A stretch of DNA of 64,000 nt, taken from assembly GCA_019416265.1 (NCBI GenBank), contig DXXQ01000120.1, positions 7,141-71,140 on the forward strand, written 5' to 3'. The notes under the pieces are model-generated. The model searched no databases and was not told where the DNA came from. It saw only the letters and a program-made list of their open reading frames with translations. The position numbers and the translations under genes are program-made. The DNA is from Clostridiales bacterium (GTDB taxonomy: Bacteria > Bacillota > Clostridia > Lachnospirales > Lachnospiraceae). Of the stretch, positions 29,319 through 39,546 are shown piece by piece (the stretch's first letter is position 1; the number at the start of each line of letters is the position of its first letter).

Positions 29319-30062
29319 TTACTCATGTAAATATTCCGATAGATTCTTTCCAGTCACCTCACGAAAGACTTTTTGAAAATATTTTATATCGGAGAAGCCA
29401 ACCATATAAGCAACTTCATTTTTATCAGCCCCTCCCTGCAGCAATTTTTTTGCCTGACAAATTCTGTATTTTTTTAAAAAAGCGGCAAAACCTTCTCCTA
29501 TATGTCTTGAAAAAATATAACTGAAATACTGAGGGCTAATTCCTAACTTTTCTGCCAGATCTGTCTGATTTATTTTTTTATCATAGTCTTTTTCTATGAT
29601 ATCCAAAGCACGCAGAACCATCGGATGCGCTTCCGGATATTGACTGCGCAGGCTGTCATCCCTGCTTTCCTTATCCGGATACACCCTTTCTCCCCTGATT
29701 CTTGCTAAAAGCCTTGCCAATACATTCTCTATCTCATTTTTTGTAATTGGTTTCAGCAGATATTCTGCTACATCCAAAGAAATACTTTGCTGAGCCATTT
29801 GAAAATCTGCGTGTGCACTGATTACCACAAATTCTGTTGTCATGTTTTTTGCCCGAACTTCCCGAATCAATGTAATACCATCCATATATGGCATTTTCAT
29901 ATCAGTAAAAACTACATCCGGATTAAGCTGCTGAATCAGTTCCAATGCGGTTTCACCATTTGATGCCTGAGCAACAACCTCATAATCTCCTTGAATACTT
30001 TCAATCAGTCTGCATATTCCCTGTCTTGCTCTCTGCTCATTCTCAACAATTATAATTTTCAC
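29319..30062 (-). CDS. Two-component response regulator, receiver plus AraC HTH (YesN-like)
   Basis: GTG start; PDVVFTDMKMP, YLLKP; AraC domain (ISPQYFS, VGFSDIKYFQKVFR). Confidence 0.92.
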   Translation of the reverse strand: MKIIIVENEQRARQGICRLIESIQGDYEVVAQASNGETALELIQQLNPDVVFTDMKMPYMDGITLIREVRAKNMTTEFVVISAHADFQMAQQSISLDVAEYLLKPITKNEIENVLARLLARIRGERVYPDKESRDDSLRSQYPEAHPMVLRALDIIEKDYDKKINQTDLAEKLGISPQYFSYIFSRHIGEGFAAFLKKYRICQAKKLLQGGADKNEVAYMVGFSDIKYFQKVFREVTGKNLSEYLHE

Positions 30063-30107
30063 TTTAAATCCCTCCTATCCTTTTCCATTTGCTGTATAAA
30101 TAATCTC

Positions 30108-31931
30108 CTACACTTCCTCAACTTCCTGCAGAATATCTGCCGGAATTGGAAGCCACATTGTAAATTTAGTTCCCTTTCCCGGAGCCGTTTCCAATTTCAC
30201 CTCTAATTCCGGCCCATAATACATCCGAAGTCTTGCAACTACATTTTGAATACCAATACCTATATGATTTCTTTCAATCCCGGCATTTCCTGAAAGTGTT
30301 CTGTTAATTGCATCTCTGACTTCTTTTTCCATTCCACAGCCATTATCCTCGACTGTCATAACCAAACGACCTTCAGACTCTTTTCCGGAAATTACGATCT
30401 TTCCTCCGCTTTCCCATCCTTCAAAACCATGCAGAATAGAATTTTCTACAAATGGCTGAAGAAATAATTTACAGCATGGCCATTCATTATATTCCTCCGG
30501 AAAAATAATTTCATAATCAAATACATCCATTAGTCTATATTTTTGTAGATACAGATACTGACATACCCAATCAATTTCTTCTCCCAATGTTACAAGTTTT
30601 GTTTCTTTTGAAAAAGTATAGTATAAAATCCCCGATAAATTTTTTAATAATATAGAAACTTCTGTATCTCCGCATTCTATAGCAGTGTAGTTTATAGCCC
30701 CCAATGTGTTACATAGAAAATGCGCGTTAATCTGGGATTCTAAGGCCTCTCTTTCAGCTTCATTACACCGCTGAAGAGTAATTGTTTTTTCTTCATATTC
30801 TCTTCGAGTCTCTTCTCTCTGAAATTCCAGCGCACGAACTGTTCTGTTATACTGCTGAGCTAACTGCCAGAGTTCATGAGTTCCCCTAATCTTAATTTCT
30901 CCCCCATACTCCCCATGTCTTATCTCTCGCATTGCTTTTCCAATTTCACCTACAGGTTCCAAAATCCTCCAAATCAAAGCATTCCAAATGAGAATACAAA
31001 CAAACAAAAGAACAAGATATACCATAACCCCTTCTTCAAACATTTCTCTGACTTTTTCTCTCATTGTATTGGTATGAATATCTATACGTATTGTCCACCC
31101 CATATATTTCAATGGTTTTTCCAATTTTTCAATTTGATTTGTACTCAGATTTCGTTCATTTTTCCCCAACAAGTCGCTATTTCTATGGTATAGAACAGTG
31201 CCCGCATCGTCTACTATATATTCACTGATATATTCGCCCTGCTTGGCATTAGACAATGCACTTGCCTGTATCATTTCATCCAAACGAATTGTAAAAACAA
31301 CTACAGCGCAGCTCTCTGCCTTATTCACATGATTTCCAACCAGAGGATATGCAACATGAAACAACAGCATTTGCGAAAAATCTTCATGTATCAGGGGTTT
31401 TGTACTGATAACATAGCTAGATGACGTACGCTCCAGAGTCTTATCCATGACTTTATCGTAGAGTTCCGTCAAAATATCCAGATTTTCATCTTTCCAGAGT
31501 TCCCCATATCCACTATTATTCCAATATCTGCCATATTCGCACAACAGCCCATTCTCTGTTACTACAGCAGTTGCTGCAATATTACTTTGATTATGTGTGA
31601 TATTGTTTAACTTCAAGTCTAAACGCATCGTATCACGAATTGCTCCATTGCTTTCTTTTACATTTTCAACCATATTATAAAGTTCCTGATCCATAACAGC
31701 ATCTGCCCCGGCTCGAAGTACTACTCTCAACATACTATCCAGGTTATTAGCTGATGCATCCAATACCGCCTGCTCAGTCTTTGTTGTTTGCGCAAGAAGA
31801 AACTTCATATATTCGTTTTGTAGAAAACTTTGAAAGAAAAAAACTGCAATTAAAAACAATACCATTCCTGTGCCAATAAAACTATATGACATATGACTTT
31901 TAATGTGATTGATTATTTTTCTGATTATCAT
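30108..31931 (-). CDS. Sensor histidine kinase (YesM/LytS-type)
   Basis: Two TM helices, HAMP, ALESQINAHFLCNTL, LQPFVENSILHG, EDNGCGM, GIGIQNV; start uncertain (ATG 31931 or TTG 31946). Confidence 0.9.
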   Translation of the reverse strand: MIIRKIINHIKSHMSYSFIGTGMVLFLIAVFFFQSFLQNEYMKFLLAQTTKTEQAVLDASANNLDSMLRVVLRAGADAVMDQELYNMVENVKESNGAIRDTMRLDLKLNNITHNQSNIAATAVVTENGLLCEYGRYWNNSGYGELWKDENLDILTELYDKVMDKTLERTSSSYVISTKPLIHEDFSQMLLFHVAYPLVGNHVNKAESCAVVVFTIRLDEMIQASALSNAKQGEYISEYIVDDAGTVLYHRNSDLLGKNERNLSTNQIEKLEKPLKYMGWTIRIDIHTNTMREKVREMFEEGVMVYLVLLFVCILIWNALIWRILEPVGEIGKAMREIRHGEYGGEIKIRGTHELWQLAQQYNRTVRALEFQREETRREYEEKTITLQRCNEAEREALESQINAHFLCNTLGAINYTAIECGDTEVSILLKNLSGILYYTFSKETKLVTLGEEIDWVCQYLYLQKYRLMDVFDYEIIFPEEYNEWPCCKLFLQPFVENSILHGFEGWESGGKIVISGKESEGRLVMTVEDNGCGMEKEVRDAINRTLSGNAGIERNHIGIGIQNVVARLRMYYGPELEVKLETAPGKGTKFTMWLPIPADILQEVEEV

Positions 31932-32131
31932 TTTTCCCCATTTCAATCTCTTAATAAAAACATAATCTTTCAGTTACGATATAATCTTTTTAGTTATTTA
32001 TAATATATCATTCAAGTTTCCGGAAAACAATAAACACAATCTCAAATTGTAACATTTATCAAAATTTTATATTGTTTTTTATACAATTTTACTATTTACG
32101 ATAGTTCTATTATCATAAGTTTAATCCTACC

Positions 32132-32341
32132 CATTTTCTTATCTGCTTTCTTATATTGGCGTATATCTCTATCTTGAAAAAGGCTCAGGAAATTCCTTCA
32201 GCTGCGAGACAATCTTGGATACAGAAAAAAAGCAAAGATCGAGAATAAAATACTATGGTTTAAAACGACGCAAAAAATCGCTGAGCCCTAATAAAATCAA
32301 GGGCTACAGCGATTTTTTTGTTTCGCAGCTGTCAAAAAAGG
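32132..32341 (+). mobile_element. Degraded 3' end of an IS1634-family element
   Basis: Frameshifted fragments HFLICFL / YLEKGSGNSFSCETILDT / IQKKSKDRE-stop resemble the IS1634 transposase C-terminus as I recall it; followed by a hairpin and CAGCTGTCAAAAAAGG, like a right terminal repeat. Confidence 0.65.
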
Positions 32342-32418
32342 ATTATAACAAAATATTATAAATCTGGACAGCATATTTTATCTGTATGATACTGTGTTCA
32401 GGGAGCATTAAATGTGTT

Positions 32419-32493
32419 TTAGACTTCTTTTTCATAATAACGGATATTCTGCCCGGAAATGCCGCTGACCTTTTCCGCTTCCTTTACATTCAT
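32419..32493 (-). pseudogene. Truncated duplicate of the merR 5' end (24 codons)
   Basis: MNVKEAEKVSGISGQNIRYYEKEV-stop with the same RBS as the full gene. Confidence 0.85.
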
Positions 32494-32543
32494 AGCTTTT
32501 GCTCCTCTCCTTCAAGAATGCTCCCGCATTCCTGTGTTTATGG
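32426..32543. repeat. 118-bp direct repeat, copy 2
   Basis: Identical by eye to 18630-18747, offset 13,796 bp. Confidence 0.95.
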
Positions 32544-32568
32544 AAAAGGACATTCACTTCAGACATTC

Positions 32569-34020
32569 TCACTGCCGGATATCAAACAGTCCATATTTCA
32601 ACTCCTTTTCTGTGAACTGCAGGTACCCTGCATCACCTGTCAGATCCAGGTACGTATCTTTTAAATCCTGTTCATTCACGATCCATGCCATTTCCACCTG
32701 TACACTCTCGCCCGGTTTCAGCGTCGGAATATAATTTCCTCCATTTCCGTAGTTCTCCTTTACACTGTAATATGTCATCTCTGCCGTATGGGAGACGCCG
32801 TCCTCACTAATCCGGTCATAATCTTCTCCTGAAGACTCCCAGTACATCTCATATTTTCCGTCTTTGTGCTTTATCGTTGCCAGCGCCCCCAAATACAGCA
32901 TATGATTGATTTCTGTTTCTGTAGGATTCTCATAAGTCACCACCGCATATACCAGTTTTTGTTTCACCGTCTCTGTTCTTACAACTGTATCCAGTGTCTC
33001 AATTCCGTCTCCGGACTTAATGTAAGAAAGGGTACTGTCCAGTAACTTTCCGTCACTTCCTGTTGCATTCTTCCACTCTTCCGGGATATTTTTACCCTCC
33101 AGCAGGCTGAGGTCATCGGCAATCTGAACCTCATCGAGCCTTATGGAAATTCCCGGAAGCTCCAATTGTTCACCGGATGCGTCTTCACCGCTGCCTGCAA
33201 TTTCTATAGTATCTCCAACCTTCAAGATTTTCAGTTCATTCTCAGACACACAGGTAATAGGTTCACCTATATCGCTGTCATATACGGTTTCCGGATTCAG
33301 ATAATCACTCCATGTATAAAGCCCGCTGGTTTCCTCCTGCTCCCCTGTTTTTACAAGAGAAATATTTTCTGCAAATTTGACCGCATCTTCTTTTGAAATG
33401 TCATCGCCAATCTGAATAATAAGCATTTGATATTCCTCCGGGCAAAGCAGATAAATACATTTATCAAAGCTTCCGTCCTGCTTCATATCCTGGTATTGCA
33501 GATAGATTCCCTCTCTGGCACCAAAGGTTCTCTGCTCGCTTTCTACAACACCCGTTTCCTGCAAAACCGCATCAAAGCTACGGCTGTCCAAAAGAACAGA
33601 CGACAAAGAAAATCCTCCAAGATACGGTGTCTCCGGATACTGTATATGATACTCATCGTTCCATTCCATGCCTTCCGGAATGTAACCGGGCTCAATTTTT
33701 ACCTTATCAATTTTTTCAGGTATCGTCAGTTTTTTCCCGCTCTCTTCGCTTTCTATCTTAGCTTCTATCCCGTAACTTCCTTGCTCTTCCAAATATATCT
33801 GATAAATTCTGGAACCAGCCGCATAGGCTATGGTTGCCGTCAAAACACATGCAGCTGCAATAAATGCTATGCGAAGTACTCTCTTTTTCCGTTTTTTCTT
33901 TCCGGAAATACTTACTATTTTCTTTTTCTCCTCCAACTGTTCCTCAACTGTCTCAAGAACCATTTTATGGATAAATTCCGGTGTTTCAGGGAAATCCTTT
34001 TTTAAATCATCTAATCTCAT
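32569..34020 (-). CDS. Putative anti-sigma factor, single TM with a large extracytoplasmic region
   Basis: Overlaps the ECF stop (ATGA); PETPEFIH N-terminus, TM ending IAYA, PGYIPEGM motif. Confidence 0.7.
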   Translation of the reverse strand: MRLDDLKKDFPETPEFIHKMVLETVEEQLEEKKKIVSISGKKKRKKRVLRIAFIAAACVLTATIAYAAGSRIYQIYLEEQGSYGIEAKIESEESGKKLTIPEKIDKVKIEPGYIPEGMEWNDEYHIQYPETPYLGGFSLSSVLLDSRSFDAVLQETGVVESEQRTFGAREGIYLQYQDMKQDGSFDKCIYLLCPEEYQMLIIQIGDDISKEDAVKFAENISLVKTGEQEETSGLYTWSDYLNPETVYDSDIGEPITCVSENELKILKVGDTIEIAGSGEDASGEQLELPGISIRLDEVQIADDLSLLEGKNIPEEWKNATGSDGKLLDSTLSYIKSGDGIETLDTVVRTETVKQKLVYAVVTYENPTETEINHMLYLGALATIKHKDGKYEMYWESSGEDYDRISEDGVSHTAEMTYYSVKENYGNGGNYIPTLKPGESVQVEMAWIVNEQDLKDTYLDLTGDAGYLQFTEKELKYGLFDIRQ

Positions 34021-34502
34021 ATGATAACCTCCATTTGCTCCAGCTCCGCTTTCAGTTTCCCTCTGGCTCTTGCCAGTCTTTTCTGTACAGCTCCTTCCGA
34101 TACCCCAAGAATTTCTGCTATTTCTCTTATACTGAAATCCTCTGCATAATACAAAACTATCGGAAGCTTCAGCTCATCTTTTAAGGCATTTACTGCCTGA
34201 TACAAATCGCTGTAGTCTGTCTTTTCTTTTTGCTGTCTCTCCGGCAATTCCTGGAAATTTTCCAGAGACACAAGCCTGCTTTCGCGGCGAATTAGGTTAT
34301 AGCATTCATTAATCAAAATGCGCATCAGCCATGTTTTTGCATACTTATCCTTTTTCAACGTGTCTATTTTTTGAAACGCTTTCACAATCGCCTCTTGAAT
34401 TGCATCTGCACAATCTTCATCATTGCCCAGAATTGTTCTGGCTGTGCAGTACATCTGGCCTTCCGCCTCCAGAATCAATACGCCCAGTTGATCTTTTGTC
34501 AT
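34017..34502 (-). CDS. ECF RNA polymerase sigma factor
   Basis: ATG 34502; DCADAIQEA, KTWLMRILINEC, SIREIAEILGVSEGAVQKRLARAR. Confidence 0.93.
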   Translation of the reverse strand: MTKDQLGVLILEAEGQMYCTARTILGNDEDCADAIQEAIVKAFQKIDTLKKDKYAKTWLMRILINECYNLIRRESRLVSLENFQELPERQQKEKTDYSDLYQAVNALKDELKLPIVLYYAEDFSIREIAEILGVSEGAVQKRLARARGKLKAELEQMEVII

Positions 34503-34548
34503 AATGTTCCGCCTTTCTTTGCTGGCCAGCAAGTTTATTTACATAGAT

Positions 34549-34576
34549 TAGACGCTGCGGATGGAAAAATATCCCT
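34549..34576 (-). promoter_or_regulatory. Probable autoregulatory ECF promoter
   Basis: AGGGAT-16 bp-CGTCTA, just downstream of the tuf terminator. Confidence 0.55.
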
Positions 34577-34588
34577 TTTATATAACAG

Positions 34589-34618
34589 AAAAACCCCGGA
34601 AACCTTTCGGTTCCGGGG
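34589..34618 (-). terminator. tuf terminator
   Basis: CCCCGGAA...TTCCGGGG stem followed by TTTTT on the minus strand. Confidence 0.85.
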
Positions 34619-34685
34619 CATCTTACGCTTGGACACAAAGTTATCTTTCGATAACACTATATATAATTTATCTGATAATCAGTGA

Positions 34686-35873
34686 TTACTCGATAATGGA
34701 AGCAACACGGCCTGATCCTACAGTACGTCCACCTTCACGGATAGCGAATGTAAGACCCTGTCCCATAGCGATTGGGTGAATCAGTTCGATTGTCATTTCG
34801 ATGTTATCTCCAGGCATGCACATTTCTACGCCTTCTGGAAGGTTACATACACCTGTAACGTCTGTTGTTCTGAAGTAGAACTGTGGACGGTAGTTGTTGA
34901 AGAATGGTGTATGACGGCCACCCTCGTCTTTAGTCAGAACGTAAACCTGAGCTGTAAATTTAGTATGGCATGTGATTGTTCCTGGTTTAGCAAGAACCTG
35001 TCCACGCTCGATTTCTGTTCTCTGAACACCACGAAGAAGAGCACCGATGTTATCACCAGCCTGAGCTTCATCAAGGAGTTTACGGAACATCTCGATACCA
35101 GTTACAACAACTTTACGTGTTTCTTCTTTGATACCAACGATTTCAACTTCCTCAGATACATGAAGTGTACCAGCCTCTACTCTACCAGTAGCAACTGTAC
35201 CACGACCTGTGATGGAGAATACGTCCTCTACAGGCATAACGAATGGTTTGTCTGTGTCACGCTGTGGATCCGGGATGTACTCATCAACTGTGTCCATAAG
35301 TTCCATGATCTTGTCGCCCCACTCGCTGTTCGGGTCTTCAAGAGCTTTAAGAGCGGAACCTTTGATGATCGGGCAGTCGTTGAAGTCGTACTCTTCAAGC
35401 TGCTCTGTAACTTCCATCTCTACGAGTTCAAGAAGCTCTTCGTCATCAACCATGTCGCATTTGTTAAGGAATACAACGATGTATGGAACACCTACCTGAC
35501 GGGAAAGAAGGATGTGCTCTTTAGTCTGAGCCATAACACCGTCAGTAGCTGCTACTACGAGGATAGCACCGTCCATCTGAGCTGCACCTGTGATCATGTT
35601 CTTAACGTAGTCAGCATGTCCTGGGCAGTCAACGTGTGCGTAATGTCTTTTCTTTGTTGTGTACTCTACGTGAGAAGTGGAGATTGTGATACCACGCTCT
35701 CTTTCTTCCGGAGCTTTATCGATGTTCTCGAAGTCTGTAGCTGCGTTACCTTCAACTCTTGCTGCAAGAACTTTAGTGATAGCTGCTGTTAAAGTTGTTT
35801 TACCATGGTCAACGTGTCCAATGGTACCGATATTACAGTGGGTTTTGGTTCTGTCAAACTTAGCCTTTGCCAT
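34686..35873 (-). CDS. tuf: Elongation factor Tu
   Basis: [28 protein letters not shown]. Confidence 0.99.
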   Translation of the reverse strand: MAKAKFDRTKTHCNIGTIGHVDHGKTTLTAAITKVLAARVEGNAATDFENIDKAPEERERGITISTSHVEYTTKKRHYAHVDCPGHADYVKNMITGAAQMDGAILVVAATDGVMAQTKEHILLSRQVGVPYIVVFLNKCDMVDDEELLELVEMEVTEQLEEYDFNDCPIIKGSALKALEDPNSEWGDKIMELMDTVDEYIPDPQRDTDKPFVMPVEDVFSITGRGTVATGRVEAGTLHVSEEVEIVGIKEETRKVVVTGIEMFRKLLDEAQAGDNIGALLRGVQRTEIERGQVLAKPGTITCHTKFTAQVYVLTKDEGGRHTPFFNNYRPQFYFRTTDVTGVCNLPEGVEMCMPGDNIEMTIELIHPIAMGQGLTFAIREGGRTVGSGRVASIIE

Positions 35874-35947
35874 TTTTAAAATTCCTCCTTAAAACTTTGC
35901 TCTAATGATAGAGCCACATTTTATCGATTTTAGACTTGCTATCCTTG

Positions 35948-35976
35948 ATTATATTGCAAATCAAGGATATTTGCAA
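35948..35976 (-). promoter_or_regulatory. Internal tuf promoter
   Basis: TTGCAA-17 bp-TATAAT in the fusA-tuf spacer. Confidence 0.7.
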
Positions 35977-36003
35977 GTAAATTTTAATTATTTATGACGG
36001 AAA

Positions 36004-38118
36004 TCAATCCTTTTTAGCAAGGATCTTTTCCTGTACGGACTTCGGAACCGGCTCGTATTTCTCGAAGAACATGGAGTAGTTACCACGTCCCTGAGTTCTG
36101 GAACGAAGATCTGTTGCGTAACCGAACATTTCGGAAAGCGGAACAAATCCACGAATCATCTTACCACCGCCGATATCTTCCATACCTTCGATACGACCAC
36201 GACGGGAGTTGATATCACCGATAACATCACCCATGTAATCTTCCGGAGTAGTAACCTCAACCTTCATGATAGGCTCAAGAAGGATTGGAGCTGCTTTGTG
36301 CATAGCATCCTTGAATGCAAGAGAACCTGCAATGTGGAATGCCATTTCGGAAGAGTCGACTTCATGGTAGGAACCGTCGTATACATTTGCATGAATACCG
36401 ACTACCGGATATCCGCCAAGGATACCAGCTTTCATAGCTTCTTCGATACCTTCGCCAACTGCCGGGATGTATTCCTTCGGAATAGCACCACCAACAACTG
36501 TGGACTCGAACTTGTACAGTTCTTCACCGTTGGCATCCATAGGCTCGAATTTAACTTTACAGTGACCATACTGTCCACGACCACCGGACTGTTTTGCGTA
36601 TTTGGAATCTACGTCGCAAGCCTTGGTGATTGTTTCTTTGTAAGCAACCTGAGGAGCACCAACGTTAGCCTCTACCTTGAATTCACGAAGGAGACGGTCA
36701 ACGATGATTTCCAGATGGAGCTCACCCATACCAGCGATAATGGTCTGTCCTGTTTCCTGGTTTGTATGTGCACGGAAGGTCGGGTCCTCTTCTGCAAGTT
36801 TCACAAGAGCTTCACCCAGTTTGCCCTGTCCGGCTTTTGTCTTAGGCTCAATTGCTAACTCGATAACCGGTTCCGGGAATTCCATGGATTCAAGGATTAC
36901 CGGATGCTGCTCATCACAGATTGTATCACCTGTACCTGTAAGTTTGAAACCTACAGCAGCGGCGATATCACCGGAGTAAACTTTGTCAAGTTCCTGTCTC
37001 TTGTTAGCATGCATCTGAAGGATACGTCCTACACGCTCTTTTTTGCCCTTTGTAGAGTTCAGTACATAAGAACCGGAGTTCATTGTACCGGAGTATACAC
37101 GGAAGAACGCAAGCTTACCAACAAATGGGTCAGCCATGATCTTGAATGCAAGAGCGGAGAATGGTTCTTCATCGGAAGAATGTCTCACGATCGGGTTTCC
37201 ATCCATGTCTGTACCTTCGATAGCCGGTACGTCTAATGGAGATGGCATAAACTCGATGATAGCATCAAGAAGTTTCTGAACGCCTTTATTTCTGTATGCA
37301 GTACCGCAGCAAACCGGAACAGCAGAACAATCACATGTTGCTTTTCTCAGAACTGCTTTCAGTGCTTCTACAGAAGGCTCTTCACCTTCAAGGTATTCCA
37401 TCATAAGATCATCGTCAAGTTCGCAGATTTTTTCTACGAGCTCTGTACGATACAGTTCTGCATCGTCTTTCATATCTTCCGGAATATCTACGATAGAAAT
37501 ATCATCGCCCTTATCATCGTTGTAGATGTAAGCTTTCATCTCGAACAGGTCGACGATACCTTTAAATTCATCTTCTTTACCGATTGGTAACTGAATGCAG
37601 ATAGCATTTTTACCTAATCTGGTCTTAATCTGCTCTACTGCGCCGTAGAAGTCAGCACCGAGGATATCCATCTTGTTGATGAATGCCATTCTCGGTACGT
37701 TGTATGTGTCAGCCTGACGCCATACGTTCTCGGACTGTGGCTCAACACCGCCCTTAGCACAGAATACACCGACAGCTCCGTCTAATACTCGAAGGGAACG
37801 CTCTACCTCAACAGTGAAGTCAACGTGTCCTGGGGTATCAATGATATTGATACGGTGCTCTAAAGCGCCTGGTTTAGCTTTGCAGTTTTCCTGCAGAGTC
37901 CAGTGACATGTTGTAGCTGCTGATGTGATTGTGATACCACGCTCCTGCTCCTGTTCCATCCAGTCCATGGTAGCAGTACCTTCATGGGTATCACCAATCT
38001 TGTAGTTAACGCCGGTATAGTAAAGAATACGCTCTGTTGTTGTAGTTTTACCAGCATCGATATGCGCCATGATACCGATATTTCTGGTTCTCTCTAATGG
38101 ATATTCTCTTCCAGCCAA
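36004..38118 (-). CDS. fusA: Elongation factor G
   Basis: TTG start; [26 protein letters not shown]. Confidence 0.99.
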   Translation of the reverse strand: MAGREYPLERTRNIGIMAHIDAGKTTTTERILYYTGVNYKIGDTHEGTATMDWMEQEQERGITITSAATTCHWTLQENCKAKPGALEHRINIIDTPGHVDFTVEVERSLRVLDGAVGVFCAKGGVEPQSENVWRQADTYNVPRMAFINKMDILGADFYGAVEQIKTRLGKNAICIQLPIGKEDEFKGIVDLFEMKAYIYNDDKGDDISIVDIPEDMKDDAELYRTELVEKICELDDDLMMEYLEGEEPSVEALKAVLRKATCDCSAVPVCCGTAYRNKGVQKLLDAIIEFMPSPLDVPAIEGTDMDGNPIVRHSSDEEPFSALAFKIMADPFVGKLAFFRVYSGTMNSGSYVLNSTKGKKERVGRILQMHANKRQELDKVYSGDIAAAVGFKLTGTGDTICDEQHPVILESMEFPEPVIELAIEPKTKAGQGKLGEALVKLAEEDPTFRAHTNQETGQTIIAGMGELHLEIIVDRLLREFKVEANVGAPQVAYKETITKACDVDSKYAKQSGGRGQYGHCKVKFEPMDANGEELYKFESTVVGGAIPKEYIPAVGEGIEEAMKAGILGGYPVVGIHANVYDGSYHEVDSSEMAFHIAGSLAFKDAMHKAAPILLEPIMKVEVTTPEDYMGDVIGDINSRRGRIEGMEDIGGGKMIRGFVPLSEMFGYATDLRSRTQGRGNYSMFFEKYEPVPKSVQEKILAKKD

Positions 38119-38136
38119 TGGATTTTCCTCCTCTAA

Positions 38137-38736
<600 letters not shown>

Positions 38737-38807
38737 TCATAGTTTCCGTGAATTTTCGATAATTCGTAAACACCGTCTTACTTCAGACGGAAAATTCCCT
38801 CTGGGAA

Positions 38808-39227
38808 TTATTTTTTAACTTTCGGTCTCTTAGCGCCGTATTTGGAGCGAGACTGTTTTCTGTTAGCAACACCTGCTGTATCCAGTGTACCTCTGATGAT
38901 GTGGTATCTTGTACCTGGTAAGTCTTTTACCCTTCCACCACGGATAAGTACAACGCTATGCTCCTGAAGGTTGTGACCTTCTCCTGGGATGTAGCTTGTT
39001 ACTTCGATTCCGTTGGAAAGACGAACTCTGGCGATTTTTCTAAGAGCTGAGTTAGGTTTCTTAGGAGTAGCTGTTTTAACAGCTGTACAAACGCCACGTT
39101 TCTGTGGTGCAGACTGCTCAACTGCTTTCTTTCTTAAAGAGTTGAATGTTCTCTGAAGAGCCGGAGCTGTAGATTTCTTTACAGATGTCTCACGTCCCTT
39201 TCTTACTAACTGGTTGAATGTTGGCAT
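38808..39227 (-). CDS. rpsL: 30S ribosomal protein S12
   Basis: [27 protein letters not shown]. Confidence 0.99.
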   Translation of the reverse strand: MPTFNQLVRKGRETSVKKSTAPALQRTFNSLRKKAVEQSAPQKRGVCTAVKTATPKKPNSALRKIARVRLSNGIEVTSYIPGEGHNLQEHSVVLIRGGRVKDLPGTRYHIIRGTLDTAGVANRKQSRSKYGAKRPKVKK

Positions 39228-39340
39228 TCCATTTCACCTCCCGATTTATTTCTCCATAAGTTTCTCTCATGGGGCCTTGCGGTTGCTATTCTACGCATTT
39301 GCGCGCTAAAAAAATCGTGTTTTTCTTTGCACGCTTGCTC

Positions 39341-39369
39341 ATTATATCCTTTCTATATGGGACTGTCAA
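39341..39369 (-). promoter_or_regulatory. str operon SigA promoter
   Basis: Perfect TTGACA-17 bp-TATAAT. Confidence 0.9.
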
Positions 39370-39440
39370 GGTGTTTTTCACGATTTTTTTACTTTCTGTC
39401 AGAACAGGCCGCAGTCCCGTGACTCCTGCAAGATGTATGA

Positions 39441-39469
39441 TTGCATTTTACCCAAACCTTCATTATAAT
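39441..39469 (+). promoter_or_regulatory. Promoter of the amidase operon, divergent from rpsL
   Basis: TTGCAT-17 bp-TATAAT. Confidence 0.7.
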
Positions 39470-39546
39470 AAACATACAACCAGCAGTTTTTCTGCAAAAA
39501 AGATCTGCTGCACACTTACATAGTTTCATACAGGAAGGGTGACATC

